Virus record (IMG/VR): IMGVR_UViG_3300020201_000017
Strand: one strand, 5' to 3'
Source of the DNA: an uncultured virus (IMG/VR IMGVR_UViG_3300020201_000017)
Taxonomy: Duplodnaviria; Heunggongvirae; Uroviricota; Caudoviricetes
DNA: 64,000 nucleotides
Shown here in pieces: positions 47,416-55,840 of the stretch (its first letter is position 1; the number at the start of each line of letters is the position of its first letter). The position numbers and the translations under genes were made by a program. Below the pieces are notes generated by a model. The model saw only the letters and a program-made list of their open reading frames with translations, had not been told where the DNA came from and ran no database searches.

Positions 47416-47792
47416 CAAAGAAAAAGCCTACTTACTCTGGTGGACGCTCTGATAGCAACCATACTGAGTGGGCACGCAAAGTTAAGGTTAGGTCTGGGCA
47501 TGCATGCCAAATGTGCGGTGTAAGAGATGTGTATTTAGAAAGCCACCATTTAAACTCATATGATATACATATTGATGAGCGTTATGATATAAATAATGGT
47601 ATTACATTATGTAAACACCATCATGATTCATTTCATAGTGCTTATGGTAATGGTAACAATACCAAATTTCAATTTGCCGAATATCAGCAAATATATAGAT
47701 TAATGCAGAAAATTGCAATAAAACGTCGAGTTGAACCGTTCATATTCCATGTTAATATAGATGAAGAAGATATAGATTATATTAATGAATAA
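47412..47792 (+). CDS. HNH endonuclease
   Basis: CQMCG...ESHH...NGITLCKHHH-x-x-FH. Confidence 0.88.
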   Translation: MTKKKPTYSGGRSDSNHTEWARKVKVRSGHACQMCGVRDVYLESHHLNSYDIHIDERYDINNGITLCKHHHDSFHSAYGNGNNTKFQFAEYQQIYRLMQKIAIKRRVEPFIFHVNIDEEDIDYINE

Positions 47793-47816
47793 TAAATATA
47801 TAATACATTTAAAGAA

Positions 47817-47939
47817 GTGTACTGTGAAGCTACAAATCAAGTAAATAAAATTCATGTTTCATTTAAAAAATATTTAGAAGATCAGGTAGTCAATATAATT
47901 AGTGTTAATGATGTTATAATTAAAAGAATAATTGAATAA
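47817..47939 (+). CDS. Short ORF or gene remnant ending IIKRIIE (not in the ORF track)
   Basis: Manual translation from GTG: VYCEATNQ...VNDVIIKRIIE. Confidence 0.35.
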   Translation: MYCEATNQVNKIHVSFKKYLEDQVVNIISVNDVIIKRIIE

Positions 47940-47940
47940 A

Positions 47941-48414
47941 ATGAATGAAACACTTAAAATACTTAAAAACATAAATAAACGTATTAATTTTTCAGCTCGA
48001 TATATTGAGCCTCATCAGTTTCAAAATTATTTAGTTGAAGAATTTGCTTTACATATTGAAAAACAGTTGAATTTTGATATTGATCGATGTAACATAATTG
48101 CTGATGCATTATTTAATAATATCATCACAGATTGTGATGTATGTTGTAATTACGCTGATCGTTATTTTAAATCAAATAAACATATTCCGTTAAAACCTTC
48201 TAACCAATATAGCTACGAATATTTAAATTCTAGCGAATATGGAGGTTATGATGCAAATGAGTTTAGCCATAAATTAAAATTAATTCAAGATTGTGAATAT
48301 CTTATTAAAGATATGGTTCAAAATTGTATTCTTGAGATTACAAATAAGAGTTATTCTGGTGTTAATTATAAATTAACAGAAAATTTTATTGAAAATAACA
48401 ATTTATGTTTATAA
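47941..48414 (+). CDS. Hypothetical protein
   Basis: ATG 47941, in frame with the listed ORF. Confidence 0.6.
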   Translation: MNETLKILKNINKRINFSARYIEPHQFQNYLVEEFALHIEKQLNFDIDRCNIIADALFNNIITDCDVCCNYADRYFKSNKHIPLKPSNQYSYEYLNSSEYGGYDANEFSHKLKLIQDCEYLIKDMVQNCILEITNKSYSGVNYKLTENFIENNNLCL

Positions 48415-48544
48415 AAAATAAATACACGATATATTATTCAAAATTAGAAGATTATAAGCATTTTACTGAGGCAATTGAAAGATAACTTAGGTTATTACAA
48501 GAACAATTTTTACCACCACATAACATTAAAAGAGGATTATAAAT

Positions 48545-49015
48545 ATGAATAAAAGTGAGATTAGAAATCAAGTTGAAGAGTTTATGGTTGCTGCTGAACA
48601 AACTGTTCCAGACAAACCAACTGTGCCAAGTGATAATATTGTTAGGTTGCGGGCCAAATTGATCCTTGAAGAAGCAATTGAATATTTAGAGGCTACTTAT
48701 GGTAAAGTTTTCGATGATATTAAATTAGAATTAAGAGATCGCTTAGAACATAAGCAATTAAAAGTTGATATTATTGAGATAGCAGACGCTCTTTCTGATA
48801 TTGACTATGTTTCCGAAGGTGCTAGGTTGGCTTTTGGCATAAACGGTAAAGAAATTGCTGATGAAGTACAAAGGACTAATATGGCTAAATTTGGACCAGG
48901 ATCTTGGAAAGATGAAAATGGGAAGCAACGCAAGCCTCCAAACTGGCAGAGTCCAAATATTAAAAGCTTATTAATTGAGCAAGGATGGGATAATAAAAAT
49001 GACTTGGAAAAATAA
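48545..49015 (+). CDS. MazG-like / PRA-PH dNTP pyrophosphatase
   Basis: R-x-KLILEEA-x-E, EIADALSDIDYV-x-x-G, EV-x-x-x-NM-x-K, GK-x-x-KP-x-x-W-x-x-P. Confidence 0.85.
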   Translation: MNKSEIRNQVEEFMVAAEQTVPDKPTVPSDNIVRLRAKLILEEAIEYLEATYGKVFDDIKLELRDRLEHKQLKVDIIEIADALSDIDYVSEGARLAFGINGKEIADEVQRTNMAKFGPGSWKDENGKQRKPPNWQSPNIKSLLIEQGWDNKNDLEK

Positions 49016-49967
49016 AATACTAATATCACTCGCAGCAATCCTTGTTATTGTTGGTTTTATTGTTGTAATTAAATATCAACATGATACTATTGAAAAACAA
49101 AGACAGATTGAAACTTCATTAGTTGAAATGAAGCATTTAGCTGAAGGTATTACTCGCGCCGATTCTCGTTATGCTACAGCTGCTCAAGTAGAGCAATTTG
49201 CAAAGGAAATAGGTTTAAAATTAGACCCAATTAAAGATGACCTTAAAAAGTTCGGAGCCGATGTAAAGACAATCCAACAAATAAGGGTTATTACGAAAGG
49301 TTATTCAGCTACTGGTTTGCCTTCTGATAAAACGGAACCAAAAGCAACTACAGATCCAACTGTTACAGATGACAAATTTGGTTATTTAAAGTCCACACAA
49401 GTATTAAAACTTAATGAACCAACACAAAAAGAAAATGTTCCTTTTGGAGAAGTTAAATTTAACGCTTGGAAGGAAAAACCATGGGACCTTAGGGTCCATC
49501 CGCGCATTTATAGTGTTACTAACGTATTAGCTCAAAATGATGAAGGAAAGCATTTTGCGTATAGTAAGTTCGGTGTTGATGTTGAAGGTAAGCATTATGA
49601 TCTTCAGGTAACTGAAAATAAAATGGTAGAAGAACTGCCATCTTCTAAGTTTCGTTTTAACCCAACACTTCTTTTCAGTATAGATGGAGGAGTTTATTGG
49701 AGCACTCCGCAGTTTGAGCTTAATCCTAACTTACAAGTTGCATTATTCTCTTACAGTCGTACAAAACAACTGCCTCAATGGTTATTTCTTGGTTTGGGTA
49801 TGGGTTATTCAACACAAATGCAAGAAGTATCTTTTATTATGTCACCAGTTAATTACAATATAGCTGAGCATATTCCTTTAATTCAAAACCTATACATTGG
49901 TCCATCAATTTCAGTTGACATTAAAGGTCAATTCGCTATACTAGGTGGTATTCGTGTTTCCCTGTGA
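48999..49967 (+). CDS. Membrane-anchored envelope protein with a beta-rich C-terminus
   Basis: N-terminal TM, coiled coil, C-terminal amphipathic strands ending GGIRVSL. Confidence 0.6.
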   Translation: MTWKNKILISLAAILVIVGFIVVIKYQHDTIEKQRQIETSLVEMKHLAEGITRADSRYATAAQVEQFAKEIGLKLDPIKDDLKKFGADVKTIQQIRVITKGYSATGLPSDKTEPKATTDPTVTDDKFGYLKSTQVLKLNEPTQKENVPFGEVKFNAWKEKPWDLRVHPRIYSVTNVLAQNDEGKHFAYSKFGVDVEGKHYDLQVTENKMVEELPSSKFRFNPTLLFSIDGGVYWSTPQFELNPNLQVALFSYSRTKQLPQWLFLGLGMGYSTQMQEVSFIMSPVNYNIAEHIPLIQNLYIGPSISVDIKGQFAILGGIRVSL

Positions 49968-49995
49968 ATAATTTTGCATATTAATAAGGAGATAT

Positions 49996-50157
49996 ATGCT
50001 TCCATCTTGGCTAATTAAAAAAATTAATAAGCAAGAACATAAAGAGAAATTCCAACAAGAGTTTCTTTATGTAGAGGAATCAACCCAAGAGTATAAAGAA
50101 AAGCCTAAACAAAAAGAAGAAATTGTTGAACGTGGCTACACAGAAATCGATATATAA
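49996..50157 (+). CDS. 53-aa protein (not in the ORF track)
   Basis: AAGGAG RBS; MLPSWLIKKINKQEHKEK...ERGYTEIDI. Confidence 0.65.
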   Translation: MLPSWLIKKINKQEHKEKFQQEFLYVEESTQEYKEKPKQKEEIVERGYTEIDI

Positions 50158-50163
50158 ATATAA

Positions 50164-51123
50164 ATGAAGAAACAATTGAAAGAAAAAGTTCTTTCTGCTA
50201 TCGAAAAAGATTTTTCACGTAGATATATTGCTACAGGTAAAATTCAAGCAGATGGAAGATTAGAACTAAATAAATTTTGCATTAATTTATTGCAATTAAA
50301 AGATAGAGATATTCTTTATGTAATAAATGATCACAGTTCAGTTATCCTAGTTAAGAGTCCTTTGAAGCATGATGCTCCAAATATCATTTCAAAGGCTATT
50401 TGGGATGCTAAACGTAAGCGTCTCAGGCTTAATCCTGATGCCACCAGATTACTAATGACATGCGAGATAGGATTTCAGGTTTTTAATTATAATCAAGATA
50501 TAGCAATTCAAATTGAGCCATATATTAGACCACCATCTAATTTATTGAATAAAAAAATTAATTATATTGAAGATTTAGCACCATTTATACTAAGATCCTC
50601 AAGATCAACTGTTCATGTTGATATTTTATCAGAAACGCAATTAATAAATGAGAAATTATCATTTAGATTAATTGGCGAGTATTGGATATCAAAAATATAT
50701 ACAGATCCTCTTGATAATAAAAAATATTATAATGATGATTTAAAAGATAATAGCACTATTTATTCTTGTTACAAAGTAACCTGGTTTCCTGTTATAATTT
50801 ATGAGGATAACAACTATTCGCGTCCAGGATTATTGTCTTTTAATGAAAAAACCTTGCATATTTGTTCGAGCTTGATAGAAGAGTGTAATAGTTGGTCATT
50901 GAACATCGACGCAAAAATGCAATTTTTCAAAAATGGAAAATTTGATTTTAATGGAGAAAATTTATATAAAATAAATTATAATGATAACAATATTGAATTA
51001 ATCAATATAAATAAAGATCATCCTAAATATAAAAAAATATCTTTAGATGAAAAAGGGCTAATGAAATTAGCATTACCCGAATTAATAAATTGTGTGAAAA
51101 ATTATGAAAAAAATAGGAGTTAA
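50164..51123 (+). CDS. Hypothetical protein with a possible AbrB-like N-terminus
   Basis: GKIQADGRLEL...LQLKDRDILYV. Confidence 0.55.
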   Translation: MKKQLKEKVLSAIEKDFSRRYIATGKIQADGRLELNKFCINLLQLKDRDILYVINDHSSVILVKSPLKHDAPNIISKAIWDAKRKRLRLNPDATRLLMTCEIGFQVFNYNQDIAIQIEPYIRPPSNLLNKKINYIEDLAPFILRSSRSTVHVDILSETQLINEKLSFRLIGEYWISKIYTDPLDNKKYYNDDLKDNSTIYSCYKVTWFPVIIYEDNNYSRPGLLSFNEKTLHICSSLIEECNSWSLNIDAKMQFFKNGKFDFNGENLYKINYNDNNIELININKDHPKYKKISLDEKGLMKLALPELINCVKNYEKNRS

Positions 51124-51128
51124 TTGAA

Positions 51129-51653
51129 TTGAATACTAAAAATAGCGTTTCTATCCCTGTAGGTCACCAAATTAAAGCATCTAAAATTAGGTGCATAGAC
51201 CAAGATGGTAATAATCTTGGTATTATTGAGAAAAATGACGGTTTGCGTATGGCACATGCAGCTTCTTTAGACTTAGTACAGATTTCTAAAGAAAATGATG
51301 TTCCAATGTGTAAGATTGTTGATTTTGGCAAGTATAAATATGAGCTTGCAAAAAAACAAAAAGAAAATGATCGCAAGAAGCGTGAAAACGAAGTTAAATT
51401 AAAAGAAATAAAATTAAAACCAACTACAGCAGAAAATGATTTAAAAATCAAAGCTTCTAAAGTTAATGAATTTCTTGATGAAAACGACCATGTAAAAGTT
51501 AGTGTTGTATATAAGGGTCGTGAAATTTCATATAAAGAAAACGGATTAACATTAGTTGATACATTTATGAGTTTTGTTGAAAACTATGAGTATCTATCCG
51601 AACCCATGTTTGCTGGAAACTTCCTTTCTTTTACTCTTAAAAGAGCTAAATGA
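51129..51653 (+). CDS. infC: Translation initiation factor IF-3
   Basis: IR-x-ID-x-x-G-x-x-LG, LDLV-x-IS, CKI-x-DFGKYKYE, KEIK-x-x-P, VKVSV-x-x-KGRE. Confidence 0.95.
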   Translation: MNTKNSVSIPVGHQIKASKIRCIDQDGNNLGIIEKNDGLRMAHAASLDLVQISKENDVPMCKIVDFGKYKYELAKKQKENDRKKRENEVKLKEIKLKPTTAENDLKIKASKVNEFLDENDHVKVSVVYKGREISYKENGLTLVDTFMSFVENYEYLSEPMFAGNFLSFTLKRAK

Positions 51654-52177
51654 TAATTACAGATGATAAAAAACTAAGAATTAAGTGCTCTGATGTGTTA
51701 GATGATGAAATTGATGAATTAATTAAACTATTAGAAAAAGAATTAGACCATTCTGCCAGTATTGGTAGACCAGGAATAGGTTTAGCCGCTCCTCAAATAG
51801 GAATAGCTAAGAATATTGCAATAGTTAGAATTAATAAAGAATTAAGCTTCAATTTAATTAACGCTAGAATTAATAATGTTTATGATCAAAAGATATTTGA
51901 AAATGAAGGCTGTTTATCATTTCCAGGTGAATTTGTAAAAACGCTAAGATATGATGAAATTCATGTAACTAATCATTATGAGAATAAACGAGAATCATTT
52001 ATATTAACAGGATTGCCAGCAGTTGTTTGGCAGCACGAGCACAATCATTTACATGAAATTTTATTATCTGATATTGCTATAAAAGATAAAATCATAAAAA
52101 AACAAAAAATGCGACCAAATGATCTGTGTTCATGCGGTTCTGGTAAAAAATATAAAAAATGTTGCGTAAAGGCTTAA
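51650..52177 (+). CDS. def: Peptide deformylase fused to a C-terminal SEC-C motif
   Basis: GIGLAAPQIG, EGCLS, QHEHNH; NDLCSCGSGKKYKKCC. Confidence 0.92.
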   Translation: MIITDDKKLRIKCSDVLDDEIDELIKLLEKELDHSASIGRPGIGLAAPQIGIAKNIAIVRINKELSFNLINARINNVYDQKIFENEGCLSFPGEFVKTLRYDEIHVTNHYENKRESFILTGLPAVVWQHEHNHLHEILLSDIAIKDKIIKKQKMRPNDLCSCGSGKKYKKCCVKA

Positions 52178-52178
52178 T

Positions 52179-52427
52179 ATGACTGAAGAAAGTGATAAAA
52201 TTGTTGAATTAGAAAAAATTATAAAAGATCTTGAAAAAGATCTTTTAAGAAGTAATGGCGCTCAAGTAGAATGTTTTGTTAGAATTAATTCTTTAGAGAA
52301 ACTTTTGCTTCAAAAAGGAATTTTTTCTGAAAAAGAATATGAAGATTCTGTAAAAAAGAATATTGAAACGTTTGGAGCTGCGATGGAAGCTGCTCTCAAA
52401 GCAAGAATTGAAAATAATATAAATTAA
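52179..52427 (+). CDS. Hypothetical coiled-coil protein
   Basis: LE-x-LL-x-x-KGIFS-x-x-EY. Confidence 0.65.
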   Translation: MTEESDKIVELEKIIKDLEKDLLRSNGAQVECFVRINSLEKLLLQKGIFSEKEYEDSVKKNIETFGAAMEAALKARIENNIN

Positions 52428-52690
52428 TGATTAACGTTAAATTATTTTATGCAGAGTGGAGCAGACCAAGTGTTGCTGTTAAAAATATTATAAACAAAAT
52501 GCAAAATGAATTTTCATTAATTAATTTTGAATATCTTGAGTACGATAATGATAAACAAGCTTTTTTTAAGTTAAATGATATTGTTAATCTTCCAACAGTA
52601 GTGATATATAAAGATAGCATTGAAGTAAAACGAATCGAAGGCTCGTTTTTAACCAGCCCTCTAAGGAAATTTCTAATTAAATTAAAATAA
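52427..52690 (+). CDS. Thioredoxin-fold protein lacking the active-site cysteines
   Basis: FYAEWSRPS in place of WCxxC; LPT-x-x-I-x-KD...R-x-x-G. Confidence 0.75.
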   Translation: MINVKLFYAEWSRPSVAVKNIINKMQNEFSLINFEYLEYDNDKQAFFKLNDIVNLPTVVIYKDSIEVKRIEGSFLTSPLRKFLIKLK

Positions 52691-52698
52691 AGGAAAAA

Positions 52699-53064
52699 AT
52701 GGCTACAAAAAAAGCAAGTAAAGTTTCAAAATCAGCAAAATTAACTCCTAAAACAGTTGTGCAAAATGTTAAAGATAATATTGCTGATCTTGTTGTTGAT
52801 TTAACACCAAAAGTTAAAGAAGAAAAGAATTTGCAATCTTCTTCTGAACACGCTCTTTGGTCTGAATTAAAAGATAGACAAATTCAAGCATTTGGTTTAC
52901 CAAAACAGAAAGTTTGCGATCATGTTAAATTTAAATCAGGTGCTGGAAGTAAAATTATTGTTACTTTGAAAGCATCAGCTATTCTTCCATTATTAGAAGA
53001 GACATTTTTTAAAGAATATTTATTTGAACAGAGTGAAAAATACGTAGTAATTACCAAGATTTAA
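52699..53064 (+). CDS. Hypothetical protein
   Basis: AAGGA RBS; basic N-terminus. Confidence 0.7.
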   Translation: MATKKASKVSKSAKLTPKTVVQNVKDNIADLVVDLTPKVKEEKNLQSSSEHALWSELKDRQIQAFGLPKQKVCDHVKFKSGAGSKIIVTLKASAILPLLEETFFKEYLFEQSEKYVVITKI

Positions 53065-53068
53065 AAAT

Positions 53069-53524
53069 GTGGATATACCTAAAATACAATTATTATTGGG
53101 TTGCTTTGGCTACCAGGAAAACGGATTCGTATCCTGCAGAGGTTGTGAAAATTGTATTTTATTGATTGATTCTCAAACTGATCAATATAAGGTAATGATG
53201 GATTATCTTGATTCCTGCCGTCTTTTTGATAAAGCTTTATTTGAATATAATTCTATTAATGGTTTTATTAGAAATATGCAAGCCAAGTTTGATCAGGCAA
53301 GTAGAGATAGGACTCTTTGGAATGAAAAAGAGTATAGGCTATTTCAAAAGTTCATTGCTGAGCATAGATCTTGTGGTTTATATGTAAAATTACTACCTAT
53401 TGATGATAATAAAATAGAATTAAAGAGTATTGAGGAAAAAAGTATTACTGTTAAAACGCCAAATAATTTAAATAAAAAAATAATTACTCAAAAAATTAAA
53501 TTAAATTTGCGATGTAGAAGGTAA
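53069..53524 (+). CDS. Hypothetical Cys-containing protein
   Basis: C...CRGC...H-x-x-CG. Confidence 0.65.
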   Translation: MDIPKIQLLLGCFGYQENGFVSCRGCENCILLIDSQTDQYKVMMDYLDSCRLFDKALFEYNSINGFIRNMQAKFDQASRDRTLWNEKEYRLFQKFIAEHRSCGLYVKLLPIDDNKIELKSIEEKSITVKTPNNLNKKIITQKIKLNLRCRR

Positions 53525-53536
53525 GGGTATTTTTGT

Positions 53537-53740
53537 ATGGTGAACGAGCGAAAAGATTATAATAATTTAGTAGAAGCTAGTATTTCTGTGCTAGAATCTA
53601 AAAAATTGTCTTATAAAAAATCGTTCTGTATTGCTTGCGGATTAGAGTTTCGTGCCATATTAATACCTATTTGTTCTGATTGTTTAGATAGTGAATGTGA
53701 TATTTATGTAGACAGGATAGACGGTGATGAAACAAAGTGA
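53537..53740 (+). CDS. Small zinc-finger protein
   Basis: CIAC...CSDC. Confidence 0.55.
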   Translation: MVNERKDYNNLVEASISVLESKKLSYKKSFCIACGLEFRAILIPICSDCLDSECDIYVDRIDGDETK

Positions 53741-53978
53741 TTATAACTCCTGTTTGTTATATTTGTTATACTTATCAAAATCTAATATGATTTTTTTAGA
53801 ACTTAAAATTGATGAATACCCTTCTGTACAAGAAGTTCCATCAGGATTATATGAAGAAATTCTATTAGAAACAGATAAATATTATAAAATTCATAATAAA
53901 CTATCAAAATACTTTGCTTCAGAGTCAAATGTTGATAAACATTTAAAAATGTTTGAAAAACAAGTTGCAAAAGCTTAA
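53727..53978 (+). CDS. Hypothetical protein
   Basis: 83 aa. Confidence 0.55.
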   Translation: MKQSDYNSCLLYLLYLSKSNMIFLELKIDEYPSVQEVPSGLYEEILLETDKYYKIHNKLSKYFASESNVDKHLKMFEKQVAKA

Positions 53979-54001
53979 TATCAATAATTTACCATATAAT
54001 A

Positions 54002-54202
54002 ATGGATAGAAATCATCGAAAAACTTTATTAAAAGCTTTAATAAAAAAAATGAAAGAGTTAAATCTTACGGAAACTGATGATATTGGTGATATATTACCT
54101 AATAACAAGATACAATATTTAAACCCTCAGGATAGACAAAGCCCAAATTATGGCTATATGACTATTTCTGAAATGGCTGCTGGAACTCCAAATATATTCT
54201 AA
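54002..54202 (+). CDS. Hypothetical protein
   Basis: Directly follows the 19-bp motif. Confidence 0.6.
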   Translation: MDRNHRKTLLKALIKKMKELNLTETDDIGDILPNNKIQYLNPQDRQSPNYGYMTISEMAAGTPNIF

Positions 54203-54212
54203 GGTGAATCTC

Positions 54213-54599
54213 ATGAGAACAATTACAGAAAATCAATTTAATCGTTTAGTAATTCAGGCTGAAGAAGCTGAAAAACAAAAACTAACAAAGATTGCAACAA
54301 ATCTTACAAAGCAGGTTGAAAAAGTTTCGGTTCGTCCTGATGATGCGTCATATATATATGCTCAATCCTCTTTGTCAGAGGATGTAGAAGTATCATTGTG
54401 GGATGCAGCCATCCGTATATCAGATTTCCACAATGCCTCTGTAGACGCCGTAGAGATGCAAGGGCTGATTGAGACCTTTGCTAAGGCGCTGATTAAAGAA
54501 ATTGAAATTAAAGCTAATTGCGAACATGGTGTGGGCGCATATGAACCATCAGTGCCAGGAGAAGACAGAGAGACGGTGGCTATTGAAATTGAGGAATAA
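54213..54599 (+). CDS. Hypothetical protein
   Basis: AAGGTG RBS. Confidence 0.7.
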   Translation: MRTITENQFNRLVIQAEEAEKQKLTKIATNLTKQVEKVSVRPDDASYIYAQSSLSEDVEVSLWDAAIRISDFHNASVDAVEMQGLIETFAKALIKEIEIKANCEHGVGAYEPSVPGEDRETVAIEIEE

Positions 54600-54601
54600 T
54601 T

Positions 54602-55072
54602 ATGAGCGAAAAAATTGCTTTTAGTGATGAAAACGCTGATGTTATTGATGAAAAAAACAAAGGTATCAAAATAGATCGTAAAAAATCTATGTTTCAATCA
54701 ACAAAAGATCAAGAGCATACCGCAGATCAGTTCTCTGAAGAGATAACTGATTATCAAAACAAAGAAAAAATGCTAGCAAATCGCACACTTGATGCATCAA
54801 TTAGATTCAGAGATGCTTTGAATGACAAGACATTATCTGAAAACAAAACTCCTCAAGATAAAGATATTGAAAAATCAATCATGAAAGAATTATGTCAAGT
54901 TGCTTTAGAAATGAATAATGATGAAAATAAACCTGAAGGTGCTGGGTCCGTTGGACTTCACAGTTTAATTTTAAATATGTTCTTACTACAAAGAAACACC
55001 ATAAATTCTTTGAATTATAAAATATTTAAATTATCAGAAGAAATTAAAAGTTTAAAAAATAATGGCAAATAA
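54602..55072 (+). CDS. Hypothetical protein
   Basis: DKTL-x-x-NK, NND...G-x-GSVG, QR-x-x-IN-x-L-x-Y. Confidence 0.7.
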   Translation: MSEKIAFSDENADVIDEKNKGIKIDRKKSMFQSTKDQEHTADQFSEEITDYQNKEKMLANRTLDASIRFRDALNDKTLSENKTPQDKDIEKSIMKELCQVALEMNNDENKPEGAGSVGLHSLILNMFLLQRNTINSLNYKIFKLSEEIKSLKNNGK

Positions 55073-55292
55073 AGATATAGATAATACTTATATTGTCGAG
55101 TTGTTGGCGCAAGAAATACAGACATATAGTGAATACGTAAGATTATGTGTGAGATACAAAATTCAACCAAACCCGATAGTAGAAGCGTCATCATTAGCCA
55201 CTCAAAATATCTTGAAGAAGATAATGGATGGCAGACCAATATCGGATCAAATGCTGAACGAGAATGGTCAAAAGAATATAATTTTAAAATAA
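55062..55292 (+). CDS. Hypothetical protein overlapping the next gene
   Basis: 76 aa. Confidence 0.5.
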   Translation: MANKDIDNTYIVELLAQEIQTYSEYVRLCVRYKIQPNPIVEASSLATQNILKKIMDGRPISDQMLNENGQKNIILK

Positions 55293-55840
55293 TTAAATTA
55301 GCTAACAAACAGAGTTCATTATTACAATCTTTAAGTAATAAAAATATAAAATTTGAAATAAATTACAGCACATCTGGTTGGACCCATAAAAGCTGTTGTC
55401 CGTTTCCAGATCATCAAGATAAGACTCCATCTTTTCATTATAATTCATCTGATGATATATTTAAATGCCACGGGTGTGGCAGAGTTGGTGGGAATGTAGA
55501 ATTTTTATCTTTTTTAACAGGAAAAAAGAAAACAGAAGTAGCTAAAAGCATATTAGATAAAGAAAATATAACAAGTGATATTTATGACTCTATTTATGAA
55601 GATATAGATGATAGGTTTGATGTATTAATGAAGCAGGCTTCGGATTGTGCTCGTTCTTTTTTAAGAAAAAATAATGAGAAAAAACACTTATCTATAATTG
55701 AAAAGTTATTTTGGAATATAGACCTTTACATAGAAAAATATTTTGGTACGGACATGTACAGTTCTGATGACTTACAGGTTAGAATTAATTATATTAAAGA
55801 AAGATTAGAAGAATATGAGCAACAGTCTAATAGTAGGTGA
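55145..55840 (+). CDS. Stand-alone CHC2 (DnaG-type) zinc-finger protein
   Basis: CPFPDH-x-DKTPSF...FKCHGC-x-x-x-GG-x-V-x-F; no TOPRIM motifs. Confidence 0.82.
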   Translation: MCEIQNSTKPDSRSVIISHSKYLEEDNGWQTNIGSNAEREWSKEYNFKIIKLANKQSSLLQSLSNKNIKFEINYSTSGWTHKSCCPFPDHQDKTPSFHYNSSDDIFKCHGCGRVGGNVEFLSFLTGKKKTEVAKSILDKENITSDIYDSIYEDIDDRFDVLMKQASDCARSFLRKNNEKKHLSIIEKLFWNIDLYIEKYFGTDMYSSDDLQVRINYIKERLEEYEQQSNSR

